This document shows, in pieces, positions 48,701-60,404 of a stretch of 64,000 nucleotides of DNA. The stretch's first letter is position 1, and each line of letters begins with the position of its first letter. Position numbers and translations under genes: made by a program. Source of the DNA: Selaginella moellendorffii (taxonomy: Eukaryota; Plantae; Lycopodiophyta); the NCBI RefSeq assembly GCF_000143415.4, contig NW_003314327.1, forward strand, positions 981,403 through 1,045,402. Reading direction: 5' to 3'. Under the pieces are notes generated by a model, which saw only the letters and a list, made by a program, of their open reading frames with translations, ran no database searches and was not told the origin of the DNA.

Positions 48701-51700
48701 ATGTCTCGGGCTGCCTAACTCACCTCCAACCATGTCAATCACATTGCATGAGAAAGCATCCATCATATAGATGGTCGACACCACCGCCAACTTAGGAAAA
48801 ACCTCTGTGAGCTCAGGAGGAAAGTATGGTGTGGAGGCCATTTTAGTCAGAGCTTGCTAGGCTTGCTAAGAAAGAGCTCTGCCGTGGTTGTTGAGAAAGG
48901 TGGCACTGTGGGTTCCATCGCTAATTTCCATCTTGCCTTGTGTGCTGTCAATGGTGCAATGGGATGTGACTTGCCATGAACGGCCAAGGATGATAGAGTC
49001 CTTCAAAGAGGACATTCCAAGACATTTGTAGTCAACCACGACGAAATCCACCTTAGAAATAACACCCTACACAGAGATTTTGACACCACAGCAAATTCCT
49101 GCTAGAGGAACGTTATGGTTGGTGAAGGTTTTGAGCACGATGGAGGAGCTCTCAGTGATTTGTAGCTGTGCTGAAAGGGCAGCCTCGAGAGAGATAATGT
49201 TGCTTCCAGAACCGGAGTCAACCAAAGCATCCATCCTATAAGAGGAAGTACCGATCTGCACTAGGACGAAGAACGAACCAGGATCTCCACCATATCTTGT
49301 CATATCGACAATGTGCACCTCTTGAGGAGTCCTCTTGAGAGTGCTCTCTAGTGTTCCTGACCGTGCAAACTCCTCTAAATGCTAGCTGAATCCCAGGACA
49401 AGACACAATATGTCTTGGAGCGAAAAGGTGACAGTAGTGTCAACCAACTATTGAAGAACTAGTTCCAGAACAGGAATAGCTGTTGGTGAGATCTCAAAAG
49501 GAGGAGAGAGTAGTGACTTGAAGGGGAGCTTACAAGCCACCCTCTGTGTCACTGGGCCTGATGCCAACGGAGATTCGCTCTCAACTGGCGGCGGGGGATT
49601 TGTGGCAAGCTGAGCGGCTGCCTTCTTCTTTGCTTGGGCTCGAGTGGTTGTGGTTTGCTGCTATTGCCTATAGAGTTCCTCGGCTACCAAAATTGTGTTG
49701 ACTGATGAGGCTGGTGCCTTGCCTTTGCTTGACCAAGGGCTGCCTCAATTGCTTGTCGTTCCAACTGCTCCTGATACATCTCTAGACCCCGAGATGATAT
49801 GGAATTATTAGTGAAGGGATGTTGTTGGACACGTTGAGAAGATGGAGGCCGAAGCTCTGGGTGAAGCTTGAAGCAGCGCTATGTGTTGTGTGTGTTCATC
49901 TCGCAGTAAGTGCACTAGCAGGATTTAAATCTACGTTCCCGAGCTGTAGCGGCCTCTTTCCTAGACTCCACCAGCTCCTGGAGCAGTTTGTCATGGTGTG
50001 ATTGCTACTGAAGAATGATCTCCTTCAGCTGCCACATCTCATTGGCAAAGTTCTCAAGAGCCGGAGGTGTATGCTCAATAGTGACGGGCTTTGGTATGGA
50101 CAGATGAATGTACAAGGTGACTCTAACGAGATGATGGCTTGGTCAAAATCAACTCTAGTAATCCCCAGGTTGACCAGAAGCTCTCTTTCTAGCTTCGTGG
50201 CAAACGAAAATGCCTCACGGCAAAACCTGAATGTCTTCTTAAGAAGTTTCCGCTGCACGTTCCCACGTAGACCTGCTATGAATGCCATGATCCCCTGTTG
50301 CTCATCTTGGACTACTCTGCAATCCCAACACTACTTGCAGTAAGTTCGAAACCATGTGATGTTGTCAGGAACAGACTCGTGAGCACCCTGCTGGAACGAA
50401 AAGAGGTCGACAAGTAGCTAATTTGTGGGTTTTTCCTCAACAAAGCATTCTCTGAAAGAAGCAAGTAGTGTCTGGAAGTTTGTCTAGTCCTCTGGGAGGA
50501 GAGAATCTACCCAAGTTGTTGCTTTGCATTCAAGAGATTGCAAGAAGTCATGGCACATACGATCATCATCGACAATCATGTTTGTGGTGCAGTAGTAATC
50601 AAAGCGACTAATATGCAATGTTGGAGAGACTGTTCCAACACCTAAGAAGGTTGGCAGATCACTCCCCTTCTGCAGAACATGGAGCTGAGGTCGAGCTAAG
50701 GGTGGTTGTGCGATAGCTCGTAGATCTAAGTCACTGGAATCTGCCAAGGATGAAGAGGGCTCAGCCCGAGAAGGTGCAGTGTCGTATCTAAGCTGCCTTT
50801 GGATGTTAGAAAATTTACTTCGTACCTTAGGGCCTCGAGGTATGGTAAAAGGGTGCCAGTTTGTCGTATGTCTAGTTTGTACCCGCATCAAGTACCCTAA
50901 ACATTGCAAATGCCCGGTCAAGGCAACTGGGTTGACAGGAGCAAGAAGACTGTAGGCTAGTGCTCAAGTTGCTCAAAGTTGCCCAAAATGCCTGTGACGA
51001 AGAGGAATAAAGGTGAAAACGGAGATGTAGGCCTCAAGCACACATAACCATTGACCCGTGGGATAATCACCAAAGTAGCCACTGGAGTAGCCAGTAACTG
51101 GTAACCGAGGACAAATAACCGGGACCTGTGACCTGTAACTGGTAACCCCCGCTCTCGCTCCTACTCCTACGCCTGCTCCAACACCAACTCCTATCCCTGT
51201 ACCCGTTCTTATTGTCCCTGTTCCTATGCCAACTCTTGTTCCTGCTCCTCCTGTTCCTGTTCCTACGGCTACCTGTTCCTTGAAGATTGCTTCATTCCCA
51301 AGGAACCCCCAACAAAGTTTAACCCAAAAGAGAAAAATGAGTCCTTTGGTCTTGATCCTTCCCTATTTTGACTGTTGGTGGGCTTGTTGGAAAGAGATCA
51401 GCCCCGTCTACCCTCTATTGTAGGAATATGAGAAGAAGCCACCTCAATATTCCCTGAAATCCATGAAGAGGTAGCCAGAACACCAATATTGTGGAAAAAC
51501 ATGTGCATGTTTATGATGTACATCGATACTGAGGCGCCATTGGTATTTCTGGAAAGCCTAGGACCAAGAGCACCTTTAGAAACAAACGGCATCCAAAACA
51601 AAGCCTGGAAGAGCACAAATTCCTACTACAAAGATGACCCAACTTAGCCGGAGAAGAAAATCCTTTTGCATGCCATCAATTCGCCCAAATCTAGTGCCAA

Positions 51701-52221
51701 GAACCACCACTACTAATAGATCTAGGCCAGATTTACAAGCCCAAATGCACTACCTAGAAAAATTCAGCCGAGGATCCAAGCGAGAAAGTGAAAACCCCAA
51801 AATGCTCATCCAATCGAGCCAAGAAATGTTGTATCTCTTCAAATACTGCACGGCTTGATAAGTGCCATACTTTGTTGGAAAGAGGAGCTCCAGACCTATC
51901 CAACACGCCCAAGATCAAAGAAAACCACAGCAAGACGAACAAGGAATTCCTTCCCAAAGTCTGCGGCCAAAAGAAAAGAGAGAAATGATGCTTTAGAAAG
52001 TGTTGCACGTCACGCCGGGTTCACCATTTGTTGGGGGAAGGAGGGGCACTTCCCCCAACACTCGCTCAAACACAAAAAATGCTTCACTACCCTTCACAAA
52101 ATGCCCCTCCCCCCTCTTGCCCTTGTGGGGCAAGGGTTTTATACAAGGAAGATGGGGAATATTTTGAGGACCAGAATATTCCCTCTCTCTCTGTGACTCT
52201 CTTGGTGGCCACACCCTAACA
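45754..52221 (-). mobile_element. Internally deleted gypsy element 'D' with ~190-bp LTRs (45754-45943, 52029-52221), tRNA-Trp PBS, 4-bp TSD CTAG
   Basis: PBS rc TCACGCCGGGTTCACCA at 52010-52026 matches the plant tRNA-Trp 3' end; degenerate gag, DALVDSGSG protease, YYASH..EKEAMAVV RNase H, YSPECNGQAESSNK integrase; no RT seen. Confidence 0.8.
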
Positions 52222-53538
52222 CTAGTCTCTTGCTCTTATCCATTAATTGTTGTATGGAGCAACATAGATTCACTACCTCCATCCTTGAGGTATTCTTTTG
52301 GTTCAATGGCAAAGACTTTAATTTGCCAAGTCTAGAGGGTGTTCACCCCTAGTACGTCTCTTTAGCATTTTCTACTGTGGGATCTATCCACGGCCCAACT
52401 TTGTGACCCTCCCATAGGTCTTTTATTGAGACTACTTTCTTCGCACTCACTATGCCATCGGATTGTCACGGTTTATTTCCCTTAAGTGTTCTTCCCATTT
52501 AGTCACCTTAACCAAGTGTCGTGAATGTGACTTCGGGTATCGAAAGTTACCTATCAACTAGTCCTTATGGACACTCTTACCTTACTGCCACGATGGCAGG
52601 AGGTCGGTATTGCTGGACCCTTTATCAGCCCCTCTTGTTCAAGTGTTAGTAAACTGGACTTTGCATCTGTACTTGGCCGGATGAGCATAAGGACGGAATT
52701 CCTTAGTGTCTATTCAGCCAAGCATACTTGGCCTGGCTTTTTAGTTCTCTTTTGCTCTGTCTTGCACTGGCTTGACAAGAACCCTCGCGTATTGAGATTG
52801 GTCCCTCAATATCGTTATATGATAGCTTACCGTGTCTGCCAAACACCCTTGCTATCATGCCCTTTGTGTTAGTCTCATTTCGGTCCTAAATGCTATTTAT
52901 GGAAAGTGTCCAGATTTGCTCATTTGGCATATCTACGGAATGTAGAGATCGGTCTGAACACAATGGTATTCGTCCCATGTCCAAATTCACAATCTAGGGA
53001 CATTCCATATTTAGTAAGTTTCGAGCTTGTCCCAGAGACTAACTCCTGATACTAAGGGAGGCTTGGGGTGAAAGCCCAAAGCGTGTGTTCCTCAAGGGGG
53101 GGGGGGGGGGGGGGGGCTGTGGGGGGTTCCAAATGTATAGTAGGGATAGTGGGTAGGTCAGGTATAGCCGACCAACCTGAGGTATAGTCTAGCTCCCGCT
53201 TGCGTGCCTGTCCTTGTTCTACGTGCGGCTTGGGTCTAAGCCCAAGTTCCATTCCATGCTAGTTGGTGGAGTACCTATGTCCTCGCGTTAGGCCACCGGT
53301 ATACCGAAATAGTGTCAGACTCCGTTTGGCTCCGTTTTGCGTGCTGGTCCTGGCATTGGGATGCTGGTTGCTCCAGGACTGTTCCAAGTCGCTCCGGGCT
53401 CCTGTCCCTTCGCTCCTTGGGCTTTATGCCCGGGAGTTGCTCCGTGGTTCGGTTCTGTCACTCCTTGGCTTCATGCTTGGGAGTTTGGCACTGTTCCTTC
53501 GTTTAGTGGCCCAAGGTCCTGAACCTTGGGTTCCTATG

Positions 53539-53590
53539 GACACGTGGCATGGACACGTGGCATATGACACGTGGCATCTGTCACGTGGCA
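53539..53590 (+). promoter_or_regulatory. Four tandem G-box/ABRE motifs (CACGTGGCA) in LTR C
   Basis: gacacgtggcat-g-gacacgtggcat-at-gacacgtggcat-ctgt-cacgtggca. Confidence 0.55.
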
Positions 53591-54011
53591 CAAAGAGGGT
53601 TAGGTTCCACTTCGTGGTGTTATCCTATGGTAAATCACCATAGGATAAAGGGTCAAAACCACGTGCGCTACATTTGGTATCAGAGGATGAGTCTCAGCGA
53701 GTACTATTCAATGAGATTGGGCAACTAGTCTCGTTGCATACGCAGAGATGAAAACGATGATCCGAGCGGGTACACGTTTGTGTGAGACACAAAATCCCTA
53801 GGCCCCAAAGTGGAGCCGGAAGGGCGCCACATGGTAGTGGCCGAAGCGAGAGCCAAACGAGCGTAACACGTTTGGACCAAAAGCTCCGACTTGAAAGGTC
53901 AAGAGCGGGAGTGGAACTCCCAACGAAGTGCTCGAAGAACGAGCACGAAGCGAGCAAAAGGCAAGGCTCCAAAAAGGGACCCAAAAGGACTAACACATGA
54001 CACGTGGGAGT

Positions 54012-54419
54012 GTCCGAGATGGACTCGAGTTGGAGTCCGAAGTGGAGTCCGAGATGGACCCGAGTTGGAGTCCGAAGTGGAGTCCGAGATGGACCCGAGT
54101 TGGAGTCCGAAGTGGAGTCCGAGATGGACCCGAGTTGGAGTCCGAAGTGGAGTCCGAGATGGACCCGAGTTGGAGTCCGAAGTGGAGTCCGAGATGGACC
54201 CGAGATGGAGTCCGAGATGGAGTCCGAAGTGGAGTCCGAGGTGGACCCGAGATGGACCCGAGTTGGAGTCCGAGATGGAGTCCGAGATGGACCCGAGATG
54301 GAGTCCGAGATGGAGTCCGAGATGGACCCGAGATGGACCCGAGATGGACCCGAGATGGAGTCCGAGATGGAGTCCAAGATGGAGTCCGAGATGGAGTCCG
54401 AAGTCGAGACCGAGACCGG

Positions 54420-54451
<32 letters not shown>

Positions 54452-54585
54452 TTGGAACCGAGACCGAGATCGGAACCGAGACCGAGACCGAGGCCGAGGC
54501 CGAGACCAAGCCCGAGCCCGAGTCCGAGTCCGAATCCGAGTCCGAGTCCGAATCCGAGTTCAAGTCCGAGTCCGAGTCCGAGTCC
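54012..54585 (+). repeat. LTR minisatellite (GGAGTCCGAGAT / GGACCCGAGAT / CCGAGA units, 35-bp higher-order unit)
   Basis: Direct tandem array; also at 59930-60520, 27218-27736, 33130-33490, 23636-23832, 44410-44750, 37037-37300, 43500-43760. Confidence 0.95.
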
Positions 54586-54850
54586 AGAGCCTGAGAGGGT
54601 GAAAGCCCAAAGCGTTCGTCTCCCAGACCCTGGGGGGTTTGGTGAGCTCCAAAAGTATAGTAGGGGGGAGGACTGCAGTGGAGCCAGTTTGGCCAGGAAA
54701 GGCCAGTTTGGCCCAGGAAGGCCGGACCCAGTGTTGGGTGATGAGCTGCCCACTGGGAAGTCCAAGACTAGAGTGACACAGACCGACAAGCGGGGAAGCT
54801 TGGTGAAGTGTTCAAGAGCCGGCTCTAGTTCCCCCGGGAGATCGACTGGC

Positions 54851-55066
54851 NNNNNNNNNNNNNNNNNNNNNNNNNNNNNNNNNNNNNNNNNNNNNNNNNN
54901 NNNNNNNNNNNNNNNNNNNNNNNNNNNNNNNNNNNNNNNNNNNNNNNNNNNNNNNNNNNNNNNNNNNNNNNNNNNNNNNNNNNNNNNNNNNNNNNNNNNN
55001 NNNNNNNNNNNNNNNNNNNNNNNNNNNNNNNNNNNNNNNNNNNNNNNNNNNNNNNNNNNNNNNNNN
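54851..55066. other. Assembly gap (N run)
   Basis: N bases. Confidence 1.
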
Positions 55067-58000
55067 GACACGGTCGTGTGGTGAGGAAATCCCAGAGGAC
55101 CGTGGGACTTAGTGGTCGGGCCTGTAGGCCTCGATCCAGTGGCAGTGTTGGCAAACACGGTCAGGGGCAGAAAGGGACTTAGTGGAGACTGACAGAGGGA
55201 TATTGGGGAAGGCTATTCCCCTTGTCGGTGGGCATCCTAAGGATGCTAAGGAGTGGATCTGAGATGACCACTCACGGATGGTTTGCCTAGTCTTGGAGAG
55301 CCAAGACGGTGATGCAAGTGGTATTGGACTACCAGTGTGGCAAAGGTGATTGGGCATGGCCTTAGCGTAACGGGCTGCTATGTCGGTGGTACCTTTGAGT
55401 GTCGGTCATGGGATCGGACACGTGGAGCACTTGGACCAAGTGCAAATGTTGAGTGGCATGGATGCCATTCTCGGGGCTAGCAAGTCCCAAGTCCTGGATT
55501 GGACTTATGGAGGTTGTGAATGAGACTCCTCCAAGTGGTCAGAGGTGTGGTTAAGTGACTAAAGTAGAATGGAAAATTTAGTCGCTTACAATTTGGTATC
55601 GGAGCTGTTCCTTAGTCTGACTTTTATTGGTGCTCAAGTATATTACCACTAGTGTTGGCATCGGAAGGCCCGAGGAGTGGGCCTATCCTTGAGGAGTAGC
55701 AAGTCGGGAAGACATGGCTCTCCATTACAGTTCATGTGTGAACTTGTAGACGAGGTGGTGGATAGAAAAGGGCCAATAATGGAACGACTTTGGGATCTTG
55801 GGAACAGTGCAAGGTTTTCCTCATTGAGTTGAGGATGTGATCCGGATGAGCATTTGTCTCAGCAAATTGGCTAAGGTTGTTGTGGTAAACAACTAAAGTT
55901 GGGATCACGGGAAAGATAAAGACTCCAAAACAATAAAGGAGTCACAAGATTATCCTCATATAGTTGAGGTTGGTGCTCATGAATGTGAGACCAGAGGTAA
56001 TGACCATGGGAGGTCAAATACGGAAGAGGACTCAAGTCCTTGAAATGGTAGCCGGGGCTACCTTTAATAAATGCTGGAACAACCCAAGGAGTTGGGGGGT
56101 GTACTTAGAGATGAGTGGTATTCTCATCGCATGGACAAGTAGTCCTAAGGGGCAAAAGTTGCCCCCAGAGAACAAAATCAAGTGTCGGAGTAACACTTGT
56201 GAAAATAGTCCTTTTGAGTAGGACAGGAATGCAAGAAGTGTATTCCAGTGAGCTAGTGCCTCACAAGTAGGACCTTAAGGGTCTGTGGATTAACCAAGTC
56301 CAAAACTGCTGGATGACTCAAGTAGAGTCAAGGGATGGTCCTAAAAGGACTGATGGAAGCATTTGGACTGAGGTGTGTTGTACCCCACAAAGGATGGGGG
56401 GGGATCATAGGATCCAAGGATGAGAACAGAGGGTATCTCATCGATGGCAAAATGTGCCATGCTAAAGTTATGGGAAAGGTGTTCTCAGAAGAAAACAACT
56501 TTGACACAAAGTTGTGTGTGACCTCTATGGTGCAGTGCTAACGGATGGTTGGCATGAGAAAGAGCGGTGTTGGTCTTGGCAAAGACATAAACACGAAGGG
56601 GAAGTGTCATAGAGGTAGGCTCGTGGAGCCGATGGTGTGGAGACACCAAATGTGCCAAGGTGTGATACCTTGAGGCTATGTTGGTGGGTTCATGAGAACC
56701 CCTTGCCAAAGGAATCCCAATGGAAATGGGAATGGCATAGCCTAAGCTGCAAAGCATGCAGTTGGAGTGTGGTGACCCAGATAATGATGGAGGTGTGAAA
56801 GCACCAAACAATGAGTTGTAGGACTTGACAACTATGAGGCAACTAAGCAAGAAGTGCAAAATAACTGGTTGAACGGGTAGAAGGTAGCTACCCAAGACTT
56901 CTTAATAGCATAGGGAAGTCGGATACACCCTTACGGGGGATAAGTTGCTTGTGTTGCGATATAGTAAGTCAATGTCATAAAAGGAAATACTCATTGTCAA
57001 GAAAGCCATCATTGGGACACCCGAACACTCTAGAACACCAGAAGGTGGTGTTTGATGTCGCGAGGGCAATGGATAAAGCCCAAGGGACTAAGTCCCTAGC
57101 GAATGATGGATAGAAGGTGCTATCCAAATGTCCAAGGTTGCGGAGACAGGAGAGGACTGTCTACCCGAGTTGGACAAAGCCAAAAATGGAATTTTGGCAA
57201 GGCTAGTGATGGGCATGTAAAGGCCCATAAGCAACAATGTAATCCCAGTGTGTGGGATTATAAGGTGAGCATACCCGGATTGAGGAACCACTCCTTGGGG
57301 TATTGGGTAGGTTCATCCCTAAGAATACTTGCTAAGGCATGATAGAAAGTGCAAAGCTATCCTCCTAATCTGGAGGAGAATAACCAAAGGAAACATATGG
57401 GGCCAAAAGATAAGTAGTATTGGGATGGAACTGAGCCATAGAAATCAAAAGGCATATCCCACAGTGGTTATGCAAGTTGGGAGTGGAAAATCAAGAGGGT
57501 GCTCGAGGATGTTGTTGCTAGTAACCGTGAGGCCATGGAGAGTCTAAAATATGGAATTGTCCATGTTAGACTATATGACAACTATAAAGCTTGCGAAAAG
57601 GGAGGCCTTAGCAAGCTGAGGGACAGAGTTCCTTCAAGGTTCCCAAAGACGATTCTAGGTAGCTTAGTACCTAGAAAGGCCAAGTGTAAATGGTTCATGG
57701 AACACGCGAAATCAGAGTGGTGCAGCAGAAGCGTGGTCTTGAAGCTTGCCATGAGGCAAGGCTATCAAGGTTAGGGAAGTAGTTCCCGAGTGTTCAAAGA
57801 GAGGGCTTTGAACGAAAGTCGCTGGTCAAGGACTTTCACGCTTATGCATGAACCATGTTACAGTGGTCAGAGGACTTGCCAAGCGAGATTGGCATGTCGG
57901 GGGAACAAATACCCTAATTGAAGGTGATAACTTCAAAAAGGGTGGGCCATGGGGCCGAGCATGGAGGAGTCCATGCATGATCACAGACATGTCAAGTGAG

Positions 58001-58075
58001 AGGACTTGGTAGTGCGGAGGAACTAGGTTCCTAAGCTGTGATCTGTAGCGCGCTTTAAATATAAATTGGTGCACC

Positions 58076-58490
58076 GGCATGGGGAGTCACGCTAGGCATC
58101 CGGTGTGATGCCATCCGTAGATGCATATACGGAGGTTGGGTTCGAGTCCCGACCCTCTAGTGCTTGGGTTCGAGTCCCAAATCACTAGGGCGTGGTGATG
58201 GTTTGGAATATGAGGACACTCATATTTCGGTGGTCATGGACTCTCAATGAGGAGATTGGCTTGGGCACACCGCCAAGCGGGGGATGCCCCGGAGTCGTGA
58301 TGCACGGTTAGATTGCTTAGTGTGAAAGCTCAGCATATCTAACTAGAACACTTTGGTGCAAGTGGCACCAAGGTCGTGGTGAGTGAGATGGGGACACCTA
58401 ATCTCAGTTGCTATGAACCCTTGGCCGTAAGGGCTAGCTTGGGTGCACCGCCAAGTGTGGGGGATGCCCCCGGGGTTATAGTCAACAACT
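58076..58490 (+). ncRNA. Family-A copy of the hairpin array, with its 3' subdomain duplicated
   Basis: Same order of loops as 37453-37697 with compensatory stem changes. Confidence 0.6.
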
Positions 58491-60372
58491 TGGAGGTCTA
58501 GAAGACCAAGTACCTCTTGGCAACTCTGTTAAGGTGCCAAGGTGAGATCACTAGGTGATCTTATGGCCAAATAAGGACAAGGTCCTTGGTTGGCTAAGGA
58601 ATGAAGTTCCTAGTTCAAAATGTTGAAATTGAACTGTTTAAGGTGGTGTGGCTTGGTCATGATGACCAAGTGGGAAGAGCACCTAAGGGAAATAAACTAT
58701 GTCCGTGCAATGGCATAGTGAGTCCGAGGAAAGTAGTCTCTATAAAAGACCCATGGGAGGGTCACGAAGTTGGGCCGTGGATAGAGCCCATAGCAGAAGA
58801 TGCTAAAGAGACGTACTAGAGGTGAACATCCTCCGGACTTGGCAAAGAAGAGTCTTTGTTATGGAACCGAAAGGATACCTCAAAAATGGAGGTAGCGATC
58901 CTATGTTGCTGGGTGCAATAATCAAGGATAGGAGCAAAGGACTAGTGGCCAAGTTTGGGCCATGGAATTTAATGGAAGGGATCCAAATGGCAAAGTTAGC
59001 CAAGGAACACTAATGTGTTTGATGCTAACAGCTTGTGGGAAAAGAAGTGGACTTCCAAAGATGGATTCCTAAGTGCTCCAATTTGGCGAAGTAAAAGCTC
59101 CAAGTGAGGGAGCGGTAAGGTAGCCAAATGATAGGGCCATGGACAGCCCTAGCACAAAGTATGATAAATGGAACTTAGTGCCCAAGGTGGCACGAAATAG
59201 AAGAGAGGATGATGGTGCCCTCAAGTAATGAACTTTCTAGGATGGGGAAGTGGAGTTGCACAATCTGTGCAATGCAAGGTGTTGGAGACACCTAGGAAAT
59301 TGACTTCCAAAAGTCAAAAGAGTAAAAGTTCCACCGTGCAAACGTTCAATAGATGGAAATTGAGACTACTCGAGGAGTAGTGGGATTGACTTAGAGAAGG
59401 GTCTCTAAGAAGTTTAGCGAGAACTAAACCAATAAAAGGAGAGAACCACTATATGTGGTCCAATCAGTCTCTAAGTTGGAGAGACTACCCTCCTTAGAGG
59501 ATATGCAAAAGGCATGGTGAGCCTTCAATGTCCAACCATTGACGAATATGGAGAAGGCATGGTGAGCCTTCAATGTCACACCATTGACAAATATTGGCTA
59601 CGCGCCAAGGATGGAAATGGTAACACATGCGGGTGTTACTTTATAAAATGGTTCACCGTTCGATGAGGACATCGAACTTCGTCTATGGGTGGTGGAGTTG
59701 TGAGACACAAAATCCCTAGGCCCCAAAGTGGAGCCGGAAGGGCGCCACATGGTAGTGGCCGAAGCGAGAGCCAAACGAGCGTAACACGTTTGGACCAAAA
59801 GCTCCGACTTGAAAGGTCAAGAGCGGGAGTGGAACTCCCAACGAAGTGCTCGAAGAATGAGCACGAAGCGAGCAAAAGGCAAGGCTCCAAAAAGGGACCC
59901 AAAAGGACCAACACATGACACGTGGGAGTGTCCGAGATGGACTCGAGTTGGAGTCCGAAGTGGAGTCCGAGATGGACCCGAGTTGGAGTCCGAAGTGGAG
60001 TCCGAGATGGACCCGAGTTGGAGTCCGAAGTGGAGTCCGAGATGGACCCGAGTTGGAGTCCGAAGTGGAGTCCGAGATGGACCCGAGTTGGAGTCCGAAG
60101 TGGAGTCCGAGATGGACCCGAGTTGGAGTCCGAAGTGGAGTCCGAGATGGACCCGAGATGGAGTCCGAGATGGAGTCCGAAGTGGAGTCCGAGGTGGACC
60201 CGAGATGGACCCGAGTTGGAGTCCGAGATGGAGTCCGAGATGGACCCGAGATGGAGTCCGAGATGGAGTCCGAGATGGACCCGAGATGGACCCGAGATGG
60301 ACCCGAGATGGAGTCCGAGATGGAGTCCGAGATGGAGTCCGAGATGGAGTCCGAAGTCGAGACCGAGACCGG

Positions 60373-60404
<32 letters not shown>

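Larger units (their letters stand above)
35770..52516 (-). mobile_element. Family-A copy A3: 3' LTR 35770-44988 (split by B), internal 44989-52516 (split by D, then cut by C)
   Basis: LTR halves rejoin across the CTATA TSD; PPT (rc) at 44989; internal sequence resumes at 52222 colinear with A2 ~28749. Confidence 0.85.

Noticed and set aside
54016-54190. CRISPR-like 35-bp repeats
   Set aside because: Head-to-tail with no unique spacers, no cas genes, eukaryotic LTR context
54590-54615. Hammerhead ribozyme (retrozyme) at CTGAGAG-GGTGAAAGCC-CAAA in the A LTR
   Set aside because: Lacks N7 and G12 of the CUGANGA..GAAA core, and the CTGA part is absent in the B and C versions
58100-58200. Bona fide tRNA gene or SINE
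   Set aside because: Only T-arm hairpins; no convincing D-arm/A-box, anticodon arm, acceptor stem, tail or TSD
59509-59597. 45-bp tandem duplication in the A4 interior
   Set aside because: Single-copy in other A copies; likely simple slippage
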